From the NCBI RefSeq assembly GCF_000150275.1, contig NW_002060951.1, positions 1,684,297 to 1,748,296 on the forward strand: a stretch of DNA of 64,000 nt, read 5' to 3'. A program made the position numbers and the translations under genes. The notes under the pieces are model-generated. The model was not told the origin of the DNA. It did no database searches and worked only from the letters and a program-made list of their open reading frames with translations. Below are positions 12,147-26,619 of this stretch, in pieces. This DNA comes from Trichoplax adhaerens (taxonomy: Eukaryota > Animalia > Placozoa). Position 1 is the stretch's first letter. Every line of letters starts with the position of its first letter.

Positions 12147-13536
12147 CAAGTTCTAACTTGTCTGTCTTAATTTCGAGAAAGTCAGAGATGGCTAAAACCT
12201 GGAGAGAAACAGAAAGAGAGCGCGTGCCTCCTCGTGTACGCAAATGCATTCCCTGCTATGAAAATTTTGATAATTGGCACCAGTGTTTTAGTCACTCGCT
12301 GATTTAAACGCTATTACAATTCAATGTATAACTACTGTAAATGGCATTATAATTTCATTCAGGATAAGGCACAGTAATGTAACATCATGCAGTAATATTT
12401 GCAACTGCGTTAAACAAATCTGCTGAATGGGAATACTGTATCATATCATGTTATAAAACTCCTGTAATGAATCGAGTGCGTAGTGGTATCAAAAATTATT
12501 ATTCTTTTATTAGTGAACATACTGTATATACTGTATATATACAATATAAGTGCTGTCACATTGTTACCATATGACATTTCGTCCAATGATAAAAAGATCA
12601 TACTAATAACTGATACTGAACCATGTCATGAGTTAATCTTAATGATACAGTATATTAGCTTAGGAATATAATTATACAGCAATTTCAATTATTTCGACAG
12701 TCGATAACAAATTTATAATTAATATCGAATTTAAACTCTTGGCTGTTATACTGACCCACACGTGAGAACTCACATGGACTACAAGAAATATTGTATTCCA
12801 TTATAATTATGCTATTTACCGCTATGCATCAGTATTTTTTCTCTTTCTAAATTTGGATTAAGCAAATAGTCCGTCGGCGTAACTAAAATCGATCTAAGGC
12901 ATGGTTGTACGCGCACAGCAGACTATGTCGGTTATTTGATACTTCCATTAATAACACAATTTATGATTAAGACATCTTCATTACCGAAACTTAAATAGTC
13001 TAAAATCGATATGCATGGCGAACTCAGACCGAATCGCGAATAGGTATAATATACACATGCCTAAATATCATGTATCCATAATTACTTACTGCAATATGCA
13101 TGGTACATTATACTGTAGTAAGATTATATACGCAGCTAACTTTCTTCAAATTTTAAAAAGTTTGTCTATAATAAGTTATTTAGTAATTGCAAAGATATGA
13201 CGCCTAAATACTGAGTGTGTTAAGCCAACATTACCAAATAGTGATGTAATCAAACAAAAAGTTGCAATACTCTCATATGAACCAAGATACGCTCTGCTAT
13301 ATAGTAAATCATTTGTTGAATTTTATGTTCATTAATATCGCTTTCAGTGTTTAGTGCTTTCTAGTCTGCAAAGCAGCTTCTCTTTTAAGTACAGCAATCC
13401 ATGTCCTAGGTAAGCTTCGAATATCCCAATCTTCTCCATAGTTTATCCGAAGTTCTATTGTGTTACTTGCATAATGCATTTTGCGATATGATATATTGCA
13501 AAGGCAGATAAGTTTGAACTTGTACGAACTATCTCA

Positions 13537-16250
13537 TCATGCTGCAAATGAAGGCGGCCCAAAATATGTAGAATAAGCGACTAGATGAAACAAAATCGCA
13601 AATATGTAGATCAGCAGCAAATAGGCGCTTCGTTTTAAGGTTTATCCAGTAAGACATAAACCGTTAACAGAGTGGTCTCGGTTAAACTTACAGTTTTCGC
13701 TAACAACTTGATCATAAATTAGACCTACGAACTGCGTTATAGTATTTTGACGAAGTTTAGGGGAAATATTTTTGAATAGCCTAATTAGCAAATTAACGCG
13801 AGATATTAAATTAGCTGAGATAAAACGATATAGATATCATGGAACTTTAAAATAACGACCACTTTCAAATTAATATTCACGCAACGTACCACCCAAGATG
13901 AATTCCACATTTTGGACAACTTACAACAGTCCAAGAGTATCCAGGAAACCACGAGAACTGATCAATAGGCTTCATGTATATATAGTTTTTCAAAAAATTG
14001 ATAATGCAACAAAATATGAACATATTACTTAATAGCAATATCTGCTAATAGCGAACTTGACAATTAAATGGTTACGAATGACTAAACACAATCGAGATTA
14101 GGGCTTTTACACTGGGCCTGATAAAAATAACGTAGCTAAAGCTGTGGCACTTAGAAACATTCGTATGGTTGCCATTATGTATTATCTCAAGCAGATTCTT
14201 ATTCATAAGTACCTCTGTAACCTGTTTTACATTTGCATCTTTTACGGTGAAAACGTTAAACGGTTGACCTATTCGTAGTTGATAAAATATTTACAGTTGG
14301 TAAAATGCTGTTTATACGAAATTTTTTATACAAATTAAAACTAACACATTGTTATCATTATTACGTATGTAATAACTGCAATTACTAAATCATATTAGTC
14401 TATTTATATGTCTTATGAAATATTGTATATTATGCATGAATAATTTGAAGTCAGTAATAAGATTTTGCTTACCATTTGGATTTAGAAATTTTTGGACGTT
14501 AATTGAGGTATTACCAAGCTTTGTGTGATTGATCGTCCTGTCAGCTTTATCAGTAGCCACATTAATCACAGCACTGGAATTCGTTAATTCAAAACCACAA
14601 TGACGACATAAAATTATCTCAACTATGGTTGGAAGATATACAGATTAGGAATTAATTGAAAGTAGTGTTCCGGTACTGAATTGCTACATTTTGGAGATAG
14701 CCTGTTTTATTTACATACTAGGAAAGTCTTTCGCGTTCAACCACGTAATTGAAAAAATTACCAGCATGCATAACGACAAGAGGTTAGACATTTTTTTACA
14801 TAGTATTGCCCATAAACCACCATGAAACCCAAGACCAGGTTATCTTTCTTGTTTGTAGGTATAATAATTATAATTAACTTAGCATGTAAGCATTTACAAG
14901 CATTATTTTCAAATAATACTCCTTATATAAGATACTACAGTAATTAATGTTAAAGCAGCTTTCCGAAGGTAATAAGTAATTGGAGCTTTTAAAAGTGATA
15001 GTATTTACACGCTGCATTACAGGTTTTGATATTATTATTTTAATATGACAGTGGTAATATAGCTGCTTTTTAAATTGATGCAATGCAGCGTTGCAACGGT
15101 AAGATCATGGCCGTAAAAGAGTACTTGATATTAATTCCTTTCATACATTAGTTGAGACGTTCTACGTAAATAATCATAATACGTAAGTTAGGCATTTCAC
15201 TAATCTGTCTTAATGAACCCTTGCCATACGCGCAATTATTGCACGCTGATACTTTCTTATTAGACGTCTGTGTGTGCACCTTAAGGTCGTTAAGATTGTG
15301 CAGCATATAGCGTAAGGTACTCATATTTAAGTAAGAATAGTAGCGATATCGTTAACCTGAACAACATTCAACTGTATTAATGACAGATACTTAGACACTA
15401 AGAAAACAATATAGAAAAAGCCATTCATATGCGATGTATTGCCTCTGCCATAAGACCCAAAAGTATGAGACGTCAATACCGTACATGTTCTTGTAATATT
15501 ATATACTCGTATTGTACATTACATTCATTGATGACTGCCTACCTCAGCTCCTTGTGCCTCTATTAATGAACTAGTATATAGTATTATCCATTCTAAAATA
15601 CCAAGTTGAAAGTCTAAACAATATTGTTGTCATTTCCACCTTATAAATAACTGCTTTGCTTTCAAAAGTCACTGTTATACCTTTATTTCAATCTCATTAA
15701 ATATTATTAAAATTAGTAATAATGAAGCCTTCATATTATATTGCTGATAGTTAAATGATTAATTGGTATTACAAATACTAGTTACCAGTGTTGCGTAAAA
15801 TATCAATTTTTGCTTCCGATTTAATAAAGAACAGTAATTAGTGTACCAGCAATGTTGGGATTCTAGAGCTATTAGATCTGCTAACAGTTTAAAATAGGTC
15901 ATCTTACATGGTATAGATGTTAAATACATGTGCCTTATGAATCTAAACCTTTATATTATGTAGGTTATCATGTGCTGTACAATGTACGTTGTACAGTCAA
16001 GGGAATCTATTCTCAGTTTTATAGCTATAATTTTTCGCGCATACGTATAAAGTTGCAACGATTACAACACTAGCAATACCTTAGTGATGCTGGGAAAATG
16101 ACAACACCGTTGTACAGGGCGAAATTTATTAGCTATTAAGTAATCCCCAGTTACTATCGTGTACTGCTGTAGTTAAATATTTGATAAAATAAAATAAATT
16201 AATGATAGCCAACAGCTATCACTATCATCACTAACGATGAATAACATCAT
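13537..16250 (-). CDS. Stand-alone CULT (cereblon thalidomide-binding / yippee-like) domain protein, probably secreted
   Basis: Core exons at about 14622-14473 (LCRHCG..NPNG), 14268-14213, 13969-13890 (FSWFPGYSWTVVSCPKCGIHLGW), 13780-13692 (FVGLIYD) and 13580-13537 join in frame. Tentative 5' exons at about 16250-16236, 16132-16080 and 15570-15543 give MMLFILINFALYNGVVIFPASLSSLIEAQGAE. The junction from these to the core is unresolved. Confidence 0.82.
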
Positions 16251-16989
16251 CTGTATCCGTGAATTACAAGTACTATTGATTGATTATTATAATTATTATT
16301 ATATAGTCACTTAGTCAGTATTTGTTGCTTTACAGCAGACAGTTGATAGTTAATTAAAATCAATTAATATCAAGTTACTAATTGCAAGTACAGTACAGTA
16401 TCAAATAGCTAGCTACAACTTTCCGCACGTATCAGAGGGCTTTGTAAAGGAAATCGACAATCAACGTATTTACTGTAGTACGCCTTCGTATAATTGCAAC
16501 GCAAACATCTACTTTAGAACGGCGAAGTTAATTATATAATATATAATCCATCTGTTGAAGTTCAGTACTATCAAAGACGTTCTACTTATCTTGAACTACT
16601 AGCCTACAAATTTGTTTTCGAACTTGAAATACGTGCAATACAAAATATACATAATATTTCACCTGCTAGTTGAGGCGCTGTACTTTCAAAAATTTTTAGC
16701 AAGTTGCACGTGCGCAGTGTTTGCTCTATGCCATAATACTGTCGAATGGAATAGAAATTGGAGACGATTACCGTTCTACGCTACAGGAGTGTTTCCAACG
16801 GTCCAATTACCCGCTTACAGCCTCCACATGCACAACTGACGTATTATATTGTTATTATTTATGTATACCTCTATATTGAAAACTAATGAAACAAATTTGA
16901 GCTGTGCAATGTCTGTCTACTCGCTTGGTCGAGAGACGTTTCCTTTGAACTTCTGAAATGTCTTCAATGCTCGTAGTGCACTGTCTTTA

Positions 16990-19710
16990 CTAGAACTGCA
17001 GTACTGTACTGTACGTACAGTATGTGGTACTGAGTACTGTAGCTTGCAGGGATTTGTACTGTAATACTTTAGTACAGTACTGAACACAGTACAGTACACT
17101 GAATAGAGTACAAATCTCTACGTGATCGTATTCAAATTGTCTTGTAATAATACAGTATAGAGCAAAAATCGACCTTAAGTACTAAAAATTCAATTGCAAA
17201 TAAATCCCTTTATTGCATAAGTCTGTACTCGGTACAGTATCCGGATTCATGAAAATCAATTATAATCCTAATGTTGCAGTGATATACAAATAAAATTCGC
17301 AACAAAATCTATTTGCCATAACAAATAGGCTTCAATAATAATAGATTATAATTATCAACGGCGGTGTAAATCGAACTTGCTCACACCTTGTTTACCATCC
17401 CAAGAGTCCAAGAGTCTCACTCGGTTCCTAATTCAACATGTCTACTGTACAGTGTACAGTACTAAGAATTTATACTTGCGCCCGCTTGGTGCCCAATGCA
17501 CGTAGGATTTCCAAATTCGTGAAGCCTGGCATCCATGATGGATCTCATTTTAACATTTTAGCAATAATATTGATATGGTATAACATGTAATAAATTAGTC
17601 ATACAGTAGAATTTCTATAAATTATTTGATGACACATCAAAAATAATTTCGGATATCTGATACTGTCAACGTTGCGTTACAGTTAGACCAGACCAGACCA
17701 TGTAGACCTCTAGCTGCAGCTGCATCGATATTCGTAGAATAACTTTCTTAAACGAGTATAGACTGTACTGCTTGAAGACAATCCGGAGCCATATGCAGTA
17801 TTAAATGGGACCAAAAATTGATGAATACGTAATTAATTAATTAAAATGACAGAATAGAATAGGGATTGCATTTCACAGTAGGATGCTATACACTACAGTA
17901 TCGCATTTTTATTCGTGCATGGACTGCACTGTACTGTACTGTACATTATACTGTACATGGATCTGGACTGGACATTGGACACTCATTGGACAGTAGAAGC
18001 GGATAGGGCGTACAGTATGCTCATCTGTGCTGGAGTTGGTAATGCAATTACAGTACTACAGAGTGTACACTGTACAGTACAGTACAGTATAGTGACTGTT
18101 TGTATTCAGGTACAAGNNNNNNNNNNNNNNNNNNNNNNNNNNNNNNNNNNNNNNNNNNNNNNNNNNTGTCGTCAGTTACTGACTGATGACAGCTGGGTGT
18201 CTTCTTAATATAAATTCGTATTTTTATCATTATGATTACCGTAACTGTAGACTGTATAATAAATAAATAAATAATAATTAATTATAATTAGTAGTTTCGG
18301 ACCGGTATGGATAAGTTGATTCTGTAACTTTGATCTCAAAGCCCGTAGCAGTGGCCCCTGCGCAGTAAACAGTGAGCAGGCTCAAAATGAAGTGGCATGA
18401 TTTTACGGTACTCAGTAGTAAAGTACAGTGTACACTGTACAGTACGTCCACTGTACTGTAATAGTGTACTGTACAGTGACTGTAAGTGTAAAGATACAGA
18501 GTTGGGAGAGTTTACCCACCTACTCAACCAGCTTATAATACACCTGTCTATGGTTTGGTATAAAGCTTAACTTGCCTTGGCTTTCCCCTCATTTGGCATC
18601 ATGAATATGCAGCGTTGCGTCACGTCGTTTACAAATATTGCAACATCTGCATGCACGTCCGTTGCGTACTATACCAGGGAGTCCTTTTTTTAGAAGTCCC
18701 TGACTGTGCACGTACAATACGTACAGTATACGCGTTCCTACTATCCATACTATAGACAATACTGATATCTGTGTCATCATGTTACAGTATTTCTATAATT
18801 AATTTAACATCTGCTGAACTACGAATGCCGTTACAACGTACAATGTGCAAAACTCTTTAATTGGTTTTACTTTACAGCAGACTACTGAGTGAATGTACCA
18901 ATATTGTAGTGCATAAGCAAGTTTGTCATGCGAGATAGTAAACTGCTAAAGTGTTTTTAACCAATTTTTCAAAGCTAAGCTCGAGCGCTGAGTAAGGCGG
19001 CGATAAGATGGTCTTGCCGATATATTTTTAAAGCAATGGAATATTCATAATAAAATATGCAATGTACAGTACAGTACATGAAATACTATACACTGTACAG
19101 TAAAATGAAATAGTTTTGGTGAATTACATTCTTATTTATGGGCATCGGTAGCCGCATTAAAGTTCCTCAATCTCTCTCTCCCATTGCCAAAATTGCAGTA
19201 TACAGTGTACAGTGTACAGTGTACAGTACAACAATTGTAATTGCTTTTGGACACGCGTGAGATTAACCACATGTGCAAAGGGCAGAGGGTCGTAGAGGCT
19301 TGGAGACAATATACAGTATACGAATAGCTAGTAGCTCGCACTGCTGCCGCGTAATGTTTGATGTTTATTTGTTTTATCGCAAATCATGGACTTGCGGGTT
19401 AACGATTAGCTTGTACATACAGTATACTGTACCTGTGCTGGTACAGGGACATTGCTTTTTGGAAGAAGCCTATAGACTACAATAGTGGACTCCGCTGTCG
19501 TATTGTACTGTACTGAAAAAACTAACTCGCACAGTGACAACGCACGCCAATAAAATACTGTACCAACACAAAGAGTTTTTAAAGCTGTCCTTTAGGACAA
19601 TTTTACTGTATCGCACATGCGTCGGCTGCACATACTAAATACGCTAACGTACTGCACTGTATCGTACTGGCGACAATTTGCTTGTACTGTACTATATGTA
19701 CAGTACATTG
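16990..19710. promoter_or_regulatory. Multiple (GTACW)n islands between the CULT gene and Pumilio
   Basis: Clusters at about 17000-17100, 17445, 17925, 18050-18090, 18420-18475, 19065-19100, 19200-19230, 19410-19515 and 19650-19710. Confidence 0.55.
18117..18166. other. Assembly gap (50 N)
   Basis: Run of N next to TACAG-repeat-rich sequence. Confidence 1.
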
Positions 19711-20252
19711 TCCATTGGTACCGTGGTATAGTAGGACAGCTACGGGCATAAGGAGCATTTTTTTTTTTATCACCAAACACTACCACCAGTACAGCAAAGT
19801 AATATAAAACCATCGATCAGTGTGGTTAGGTACCACTGCGCAAGGATAGCTGGGATTGGCGGTAGCCATTATAATCTGTTGTCTACAATTCTTACAAGAA
19901 CCTGATGCTGGTTTAGAGCTATCAGGGGTCATCAGAACAGTATCGCAGGTAATCTTTCCTCATCCATGGTATTACTCCAATCTTGATAATATCTAGATGT
20001 TAAAGAATATTATTTCTGTTGTATTAGCTTTTTATTTGACCTCTAACTATCGAACGAAGGCCGTTTTACTAATGTTGTAGAACACGCCCCGTTCGAAAAT
20101 CATCGCCATTTTGAAATATGTCTATAATAGGACAATACCCTAGTGTTGTTAAATTGACTCTATACGTCGATTAATAGGAGTAAAAGAGCTCTTGTACCCC
20201 AGCTAACATTGGTGTCATTTTGTGTTCGTTGATTTAATTGTAGGTTAGTCAG

Positions 20253-23200
20253 ATGAGTTATCCATGCGTTCAGGGTATGCATGAGGTAGGTTGGGACGAA
20301 AATTCTTACGATAGCAGGCATCTGTCCAAAGTCGACGATACACCCAATACAGACTTATCCAATAGCGAGAAGAAAGATGGCCTTACCGATCATTTGTTTA
20401 AATCGCGCAAGAATTACCGCAACAATCAAGGCATAGACGACAATAAGAAAAGTTATAACTCGGAAGCGTGGTCTGTAGGTGATAACCAGATGAACCAACA
20501 GGTACAAGACTTGCTAGTTTTATATTTGTCAAATTCGTTTCAATCAAAGAGTGTTAATAATAATATAGTGTGTAGTTCGATCACAGACGCTTGTAGAATG
20601 ATAGATTATAGCACTTTAGCTCGTCATCAGTTGATGTTATAATTAGCTCAGGGTGAAACGCTTTCAACTACTGTACTAGGTGCATTTTTTGGTTGAATTG
20701 TTCCGATCTTGCTATTACCGCTTAAGTTTATTTAAGGCGAGATAGTTTTTTAACATTTGCCAATACGACAAGTTATTTCTCTGAATTTCAGTGCCGTATT
20801 GCCAGATGAGACTGACTGATGCTTTGGTCTCATCAAGATAGATATACTTGTACGACGGTAGCGTTGCTTGTGTACTGTATTAACGCTACTGTTGGATTCT
20901 AACTTTACCAGAACTCACGTAGGATAGCAAATTCAATTGCTACTAGCTGTTCGAAATAAGTTAAATACTCCAACACAATGCAGTATACTGAGTGTACAGT
21001 AGTGCTGCAATGTGCTATCGTTGTCAATATCAATCATTAGACTGGAGTTGATAATCGAAATATCGTTTCTAAGATTGCTTTTGACCATGTTGTAATGACA
21101 GCTGTATGACATTTATTATGGTCTGCTAGAGTATCCGCTTTAAATTTTTCTGTCTTTAAAACCGTTGTTAGATTTATAATATATTACTCATCTTACTTAA
21201 AAGAACAGCGATAACGATTTTTAACTGAATGACCTACATGAATAGAAATCATCGTTTGCAGCGCGTCGCTGTAATTTCACTGTAAATATGTTCCATTATT
21301 ATAACCACATCATACTTATACTGTATGCATATGAACAAGTAAAATCCTATTAGCTTCGTTAAAATATAAGCCTCATCAGTTCGTATTAACGCTCCGTTTT
21401 ATGTGGTTGAAGGTTTTAATTGTAAAGAATAGACTTGACGGTCAATACAGTAGGTCTTATTAAAGTCTGATCTCTCTTCTACTCTTTGCGCATAACAAAT
21501 GGTCTTGTTGTAGTTCACTAACAAAGAAAATTCATTCAGTGTCTTTGTGCTAATCTTACACAAGTTGAGTTTTATCCATCCTTATATATGAATTTTACCG
21601 CCATATCTACGCTTATGCAGTAAATATACCATCCATTTACTGTTGCTACTTCACGTTACGGTATAAAAGTAAACCGTATCGATATGATGCACTTGATTAA
21701 AAACGCCAAAAAAGTGAGACAATAGCTTAGAAAAAATTATCGTCCCCTTCGATATCGACATTATTCTTTTCTTTTTTATTATTTCGACGGTCAATCAGTC
21801 TAAAATTTAATTCGGGATGATTGCTTTGCGTACGGAGGCTACATCAAATTTATATGAAAGTGGTTGCATGAGTCAGGGTGAGAAGATCTTTACTTTACCT
21901 AAGTTATCGGTGCTATAGAAAAAAAATGTAGGAGTACTATGACCTTTTATCGAAATGTTAACGGTAGTACTGTAATTGATTTCTGTGTGCACATACCACC
22001 ACATGACGACGCTGACTTGAGATTTTTACATTCAGTCGCCGTCAGTGCAACAAAATACTGTAGTTCCTCAGGTAGAATCCGAATTTCATCAAATTAAAAT
22101 CGCCAAAGTACGTAATTGGGAAGTGATAATTACTACTTGACGGACGACCTAACTTTCCGTGCGTATGTCAATAACTGAGCGCATCTTGAGATTTTTTCAT
22201 ATCGTGGTAGCACCAGATGGTACTGTGTTGGCCTATTTTTTTCTCATATATTACCTTTTGATTGATATGTTAATATGGTCAAAGACTCTTTAACGGTGCA
22301 TTATTCTTGTTACATTGTTGTCTAATATTCGTAATTCGTTCGGATTACTGTACATTATATTGTACGGCGGATGATCTTCTTCGATATACAGTATTATATA
22401 GTAGCGTACTGTACAACCTGCTCTAGCGATATTTTACCATTAGAACGCTCAGAAATGTTGTTTGTTAGATAAGCTATCGTTATCTAATGTAACGTATTTT
22501 GTCAGTTTTATCCTTTTCTTTATCTGCTCGTTAATGTGTAAACCTTCCGTACATTATTAAAACTGCCGTGAAGATTCTTTTTTTTATAGTTAATACATTA
22601 ATAATATCTGTGGGTTACAAACAGCTTTTAACAGCTTCGACTAATATTGCTAGATCGTATTTTCATTTCGGGCGATCGTTTGACACTATGGTACTAGGAT
22701 GCGTAATTACTACAATGCATTAAATGTTATAAAAGTGTGATAATTTTTTTGTTATTGTTGTTTAACTTTTCGGTTACTGTGTATAATTTGCTAGAATACG
22801 TAATAGATTTATTCAGTCTTTAGTAAGAATTATTCTGTTGAATAAGATATTAATTCTGTGTGATATTCTCTGTAGATTGCGCCGGGTGCTAAAAAATTTT
22901 GGGAAGTCCACGATAATGACGACGATAGGAATCGAAGAACGTCGAACAGAGCCTTCTTTAGTGATCAATGGTGTACAGATCAAGCATGGGGCCCTTCAAT
23001 TACTATGTCGCAATCCGATCACGCCGTATCAGAGCCGATTGGTGTTAATCAATTAACACGGTATAACTTCTGCAATTATGAAACGCAATATTACAATCGC
23101 ACAACTAAAATTATTCTACTGGTGACATGCATATAATTACTCGAAGTGAAATTTGATTTTGTTGCTATTTCTTCTTTTAGTCCGACGGCATTTTCTCCAG

Positions 23201-26200
23201 AAGCTCTCTCTCCTAGATCAAGTAACACTGCTGATGTTGGTGTTAGTATGGTTGAGTCATTGCTAGGCTCTTCACCTGGTGGATCGGAATTGGTTGACTC
23301 GAGAAACTTTCGTCTGAAAGCTGGATATGTAAGTATTGTTGATGGCTATAGTCTATGTATTCGTTCTAGCAAATTAAATTGTGCTAATGCTTCAACATGG
23401 AATGTTCTTTATGAATGTCGTTCACAGCAAGGACTACCAGTATCCGAAATTGACACCGTACCCGAAGGAGAAACTACTAAGACTATAGTAGCAAACAAAA
23501 ACGCTCTTCCTAAATATGAAGAAGACGGCGAATCAGACATTGATAGAGATATTGATAAGTTAGCTCAGCAGCAACAGCAACAGCAACAACAGCAAAAGCA
23601 TAAACAATATACAAAATCACGATCCACATCTGTAGATGATGAGCCTTTTAGGTAATTCATTTAACCACATGGTGATTTCTAATGTAAATAAATTTTCTTG
23701 TTACCTTTAGATTGTTTCATTTATGCAACTTTTACATTTCTTTTAGCCGCAATATTGGTAGCCACAGAGCGTCACCTAGTGAGTCTCTTGGACATGTTGA
23801 GTCTCAGCAAAATTCTAGGAGATCTTCTCCGCAGCAGGAGTTAGATAATCATGATAGAAGCGGTTTAAGTTATGGTCAACAGCATATGGTACAATCGTAC
23901 GTAGACTCGTCAAGTGGAGTCGATTATATGGCTCAAAATAATTCAGGTTTGGCATACAATCGAAATGCAAGTTCTCAGGGGACATCTTTACATCAGCAAT
24001 TTCATCAGCAATTGACACTGACTTCAAACCAGCAACAACAACAACTGAACATGCCTGGGCCATCCTACGGCCCAGGTGCGTTCTTTATAAGTGCTTCTGG
24101 TTCGCAAGAACATTATGCAAATAGTCCTATTACACTCAGTGGTAATGGAAACAGTACATCGCACCAACCTCCTGCGGTTATGCCAACGCAATATGCTAAC
24201 CCTCCGTACGTTCCATCATGGAATATGTATTCCGGCATGATGCAGCAACAGCCTCAGCAGCAGCAACAACAACAGCTTATTCGTAACGCAACTGTCAATG
24301 GAGCTCAAATTTCCATGCAAGCACAACCCAATGAAGTAATTAATAACGTACAAGCTGGTAATGCTTTGACATCTCAACAAGCCAATTATCAGATCTTAGC
24401 TAATGCCGGCCAAAATCCTGCGGTTGCATTTCCAAGTGGCGCTCCTACCTACTACGAACAAACGCCAGCTCCAACTGTCATGGTCAATAATCCAAGAGCA
24501 ACCCCAGCGAGTGGTATGCCACAAGGCATGAGCAATCCAATACGCCTAGTATCACCACCTGTTATGATGAATAATTCCGGAAATGCTGCGGTTGGTAACC
24601 AAGCAATGCAGCAACCCATGCGAATGTATAATACACAACAAAATCAAGCTTCTGTTAATCGTTCTAGTAGTCATTACATTCAGGCTCCCTCAAATAATGC
24701 GTCAATGAATTCATCGAATATGACTATAAATAATACTGCGTCGGTATTAGGTGGTAACATTAATTCAATATCTAATAACTCGTCTGCTCCAAGACGCAAT
24801 TCTTTCGGCTCCACTGTCAATAATAATACTGAATATAATAAAAGAGCTCCATATTCTCAGTTTTACTCATCCAATTCAACTAATCCAGGTCCAGTTGGGA
24901 GTGGTGCTCCTGCAAATACTGGTAACTATAATCTTCAAGCAAGGTCATCACCTCCGACTGGTAAACCAGGTGTTGCTGCACACAATAATAATGCTCGTAT
25001 CGTTACTGGAGCCGGCGAGAAAAAGCATCGTGGAGGATATGGTAGGGGAAGAGGTAATAGCGGTAGTCATGGCAAGGAAACCGGGCGTAGTAGATTGCTT
25101 GAGGAGTTCCGTAACAACCGGTACCCTAATTTACAATTGAAGGAATTGTGCAATCATATTGTTGAATTTTCACAAGATCAGCACGGGTCTAGGTTTATAC
25201 AACAGAAATTGGAAAGAGCTACAACTGCTGAAAAACAGCTTGTTTTTAATGAGATCATAAATTCCGCTTATGATTTAATGACCGATGTATTTGGCAATTA
25301 TGTTATCCAAAAGTTCTTTGAATTTGGAAGTTCAGAACAAAAGCAACTACTTGCAGAACGGGTTAAAGGTCATGTATTGCCTTTAGCGTTGCAAATGTAC
25401 GGGTGCAGAGTAATACAAAAAGCCCTAGAATCGATACCGGTAGAGCAGCAGGTTAGATCTTTAGCTTTCAATGTAATATTACTGCCATAGAATGAAACAT
25501 TTATAACTTAATTACAAAATTTTACGTTATTAGACGGAAGTTGTAAAAGAGCTTGATGGCCATGTTTTAAAGTGCGTGAAAGATCAAAATGGAAATCATG
25601 TAGTGCAAAAATGCATTGAATGTGTAAGCCCATCAGCATTGCAATTTATTATAAACGCCTTTAAGAAACAGGTATGCCAAACATAGTGTATGCTCGATTG
25701 CATAGTATTGGATTATATTATATCGTTTACGCCTTATAAAGGTTATTAAACTGTTGTTTATTATATCGTTAATGTTATTTCTTAGGTATTTTCACTTTCT
25801 ACCCATCCATACGGTTGTCGCGTCATACAACGAATCTTAGAACATTGTACACCAGAGCAAACAGAACCCATTCTAGATGAATTGCATGAAGCAACCGAAC
25901 AACTTGTCTTAGATCAATATGGCAATTATGTAATTCAACATGTTTTAGAGCATGGTCGTTTAGAAGACAAGAGCAAAATTATTAGTAAACTGACGGGCAA
26001 AATTGTAGAACTTAGTCAACATAAATTTGCAAGGTACAGGAAACATAAACCTCATTTTATTTTGCTTCTAGCAATATAGAAAAAAATCATCTATTTAATA
26101 TACTAATAAATGTTACTTTATCACTTTCCTTTATAGCAATGTTATCGAGAAATGTGTATCACATTCTACAAAAGCTGAAAGAGCTCTTCTGGTAGAGGAA

Positions 26201-26619
26201 GTGTGTAGTAGCCATTCTGACAGGTATGAAAGAGTTTGATAGGATTATCGGTATCTATACGGTGTATATTCCGGTAAACCTGTTAAACGTACATAAACTT
26301 TGCCTACTAATGTATATTTTATGATGAAACTTATTTTGGATTATTCCTTCTTGACAGTAATCAAAATAATAGTGGGTTATATACTATGATGAAAGACCAA
26401 TTCGCGAATTATGTAATTCAGAAGATGATAGATATGGCAGACTCCCCTCAACGTAAGATATTAATCCAAAAGATACGCCCTTTTACAGGAGTGCTTCGTA
26501 AGTATACGTATGGGAAGCATATTTTAGCTAAACTAGAGAAATATGTTGGTAAAGGAAATGCTAGCTATGATGAGAGTGATGATGACCATGAAAGGTCTAA
26601 CAGCGGAGGTGCTATGTAA
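20253..26619 (+). CDS. PUM: Pumilio (PUF RNA-binding protein, PUM1/2 type)
   Basis: Exons about 20253-20501, 22876-23060, 23181-23328, 23428-23651, 23747-25451, 25534-25671, 25787-26033, 26136-26224, 26358-26619. N-terminal conserved motifs KKFWE, DQW..AWG..SDH, LSPRS..GVSMVE..LGSSPG. PUM-HD starts [19 protein letters not shown] and has 8 repeats. Confidence 0.97.
23565..23594 (+). repeat. CAG/CAA poly-Gln tract in Pumilio (further tracts near 24030 and 24242-24276)
   Basis: Q10 tract read directly from the sequence. Confidence 0.9.

Noticed and set aside
17000-19710. TGTACAGTA arrays as a NORAD-like Pumilio-sponge lncRNA next to Pumilio
   Set aside because: The motif does not match UGUANAUA and occurs at most promoters in the window, not only near Pumilio.
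16917-19813. Short ORFs rich in Y/C/T/V/Q/S (also 1544-1744, 48294-49485, 51272-51460, 59777-59965)
   Set aside because: They are translations of stop-free TACAG/TACTG repeats (YSTVQ/YCTVL), with no domain or splice support.
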